Part shown: one piece after another, positions 61,903 through 64,000 of the stretch
How positions within the stretch are numbered: position 1 is the stretch's first letter
Layout of the letters: each line of letters begins with the position of its first letter
NCBI GenBank assembly: GCA_044892525.1
Contig: CM097886.1
Span: forward strand, 123,442,001-123,506,000
Direction: 5' to 3'
Origin: Schmidtea polychroa
Lineage: Eukaryota
DNA: 64,000 nt
Notes under the pieces: generated by a model
Database searches by the model: none
Told to the model about the DNA's origin: nothing
Seen by the model: only the letters and a program-made list of their open reading frames with translations
Made by a program: the position numbers and the translations under genes

Positions 61903-64000
61903 CAATCTTGAACACCATTTTCGACTACGATTCTACGAAAACACAATCGGCTACCAGTACCTAGCGGAACCAAAAGAAAACGATTTATTGAACATTTACC
62001 AATTTTTGACACTCTCGAGGGATATTATTTAGTAAGTATGGTGATTGATTTAAATGCCTTTTATGATGATGATATTAAATATTTCTATGAATTCGATATT
62101 GAATAAATTCTTTTAGTATAATAAATGTTTTAATTTTCGAAAGATGTTCCTCTCTCTCTATATGGTGCTGACGACGATGTCGTATGGGACTCCAATATGA
62201 TGCGGGAAAATCAAACAAATCCGTAGAAGAAGCCACAAGAATGGCGGCTAGAAATGACATTAAAAATCGGGACGAAGTTAGATTTAGAGCAATAGGAATA
62301 ATTGAACGATCGTGATGATTGTGGGGCGGCATCATATTCGAGACTCAGACGGCGTGGTCGCCAGACAAGTAAATTTTATTATAACGATACATTTTATAAA
62401 ACCATACCATTTATTTAATCATATTTATTACAAAAACCTTTTTTTTTTGTTCCTTTTAATTGACGAAGTGAGGAGATCGAATCGTCCTTCCTGGCGGTCT
62501 AGGGATGGTGGCAGCGATGATTGCCGTCCTTAGGTGGGTCAGGAGGGGTGAGGACATCAGGCAGACGATATTAATACTGCACGGGGAATTCTTCCACTGA
62601 GTGATGTCTGCGTTCGGCATAGAAAATATTGTTTTTGGAGAAGCTGAAATTACGGCATTTGATGCAAGCAATAAATCCATCGAGATCTTTCGGAGAAACC
62701 GTGAGACGAGAATCTGTTTATTTGTGCACGATCACCTTTGGTTAAGTTCCAATTAGAAATAGTTACTCCTTGAGCTTTCGAATCACAATGGGTTGAGCGT
62801 CCTTGGATGGTGAGGCGAGGAGGTTTCAATGAGATTTAGGTTATTGCTATATTTTGTTTGAGATTTGAATCGCCAGGACGTTGGCGGCTGAATCCATTGT
62901 CACTGCACTTGTAGACCGAATGATTGACTCTCGGGTTATTGATAAGCGTCGTTTCTCTGAAAAATAAAGTAAATAAATCATGAGGAGTAATCAGAACACT
63001 TACGGTGGATATGAGCGAAACCGCTGTCCGCATTATCGTCTAATTGTCAAATGAATTTCAGTCAGAGTATAGCTAACCGAATGAGATGGTCGACGAGAAC
63101 TTAATAGGAAAGATAGCGTGATAATATCCACTGCGATTAGCTCATTAAACGCGTCGACAGCTATTATCTTGAGTTGACAACATCATGGAGAATAGAGAAT
63201 CAGCTTCAGTTCACATGCAGCTCCCGAATCAGGCACCCACGTACGTAAGGCATGTACTCATGAAAACTCTAATAGAACTTCCCATCGATAACGTCACACG
63301 AACATATGCACGCACACCCGGTAGAGAAATTCGTTCCAGCAAAGACGACATCAAATCCAATCGGGAGAGTTCTATATGACGTCATAGTTACATAATGAAA
63401 TAGGCCTTACCTGAGATAGTAGAGTGTGTGTAGAAACCAACGAGCAGGCCGAATTTTCGTATAGTGATATAACATCTTCACACGGCAGTCGTAATGTAAG
63501 TAGATAAACATATTATGGTACACACACTCACTAGTCTACGTCGTCATGACAACCATTATCGCAGCGATTTAAAAACAAACACTTGAAAATAATAATGGGT
63601 GAAAACAGTAATTACGAATTAAATGTTTAAGCGATCGATTTTGTATACGGTCAGGAACCTAAATCGGATTTTCTTGTTCTATTAATTCAATAATGCCTAA
63701 TTTTTTTTGATAACGAGTGAGACATAATACAGAGAAAGATAATTAGGTAGTTTAATAATCCAGATTAATACTATTAAAATAACCATCGCGAGACGGCAAT
63801 AATATATTTAACCAAAATCGACCAGATTGACATAGACGAGTAAATTTAAGGTGACTATTCTCATTTCTTTCAAATAAGTTAGGGAGATTTGTGCGAATTA
63901 TCATGAATGATCTGTGGTATGCATGAGTTTATGGACGAATGTTGAATGTATGTGTGAGATAATTTTTCTTTTAAGTTCATTTTATGAGGGATGAGGGTGG

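Noticed and set aside
60072-62012. Hydrophobic or Tyr/Ile/Phe-rich ORFs (also 34709-35010, 35373-35732, 41267-41512, 13368-13707)
   Set aside because: They are translations of AT-rich low-complexity or microsatellite DNA.
63190-63260. Elp3-like GCLIRELHV on the minus strand
   Set aside because: A single short motif between stop codons with no other acetyltransferase features.

Overview
AT-rich eukaryotic (animal) genomic DNA with ~50-bp introns and five assembly gaps. A triclad flatworm such as Schmidtea or Dugesia is plausible, but this is inference from composition, intron size and gene content. Host genes seen: an intronless RING-finger gene, a four-exon Runx/runt gene ending in WRPF, a spliced C2H2 zinc-finger gene cut by a gap, and a divergent TALE homeobox gene (PYP...WFANKR). 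The rest is dominated by transposons: three decayed hAT transposases, a Merlin fragment, several MITEs with clean TIRs/TSDs, one Penelope-like element with an intact ORF, a second decayed Penelope split by a solo LTR that carries an RNF126/RNF115-like fragment, and a Gypsy RNase H remnant. The standout is a decayed ~11.5-kb Ty3/Gypsy LTR retroelement (42.8-54.3 kb, tRNA-Trp PBS). Between gag and protease it carries two ubiquitin-like domains, a possible CARD/death-fold, a Bcl-2-family domain whose hydrophobic tail runs in frame into a chuvirus/herpes-gB-like fusion glycoprotein, and, after integrase, an FN3-like type I membrane protein with PPxY and PDZ-ligand motifs. All domain calls are by-eye motif recognition; no database search was run.
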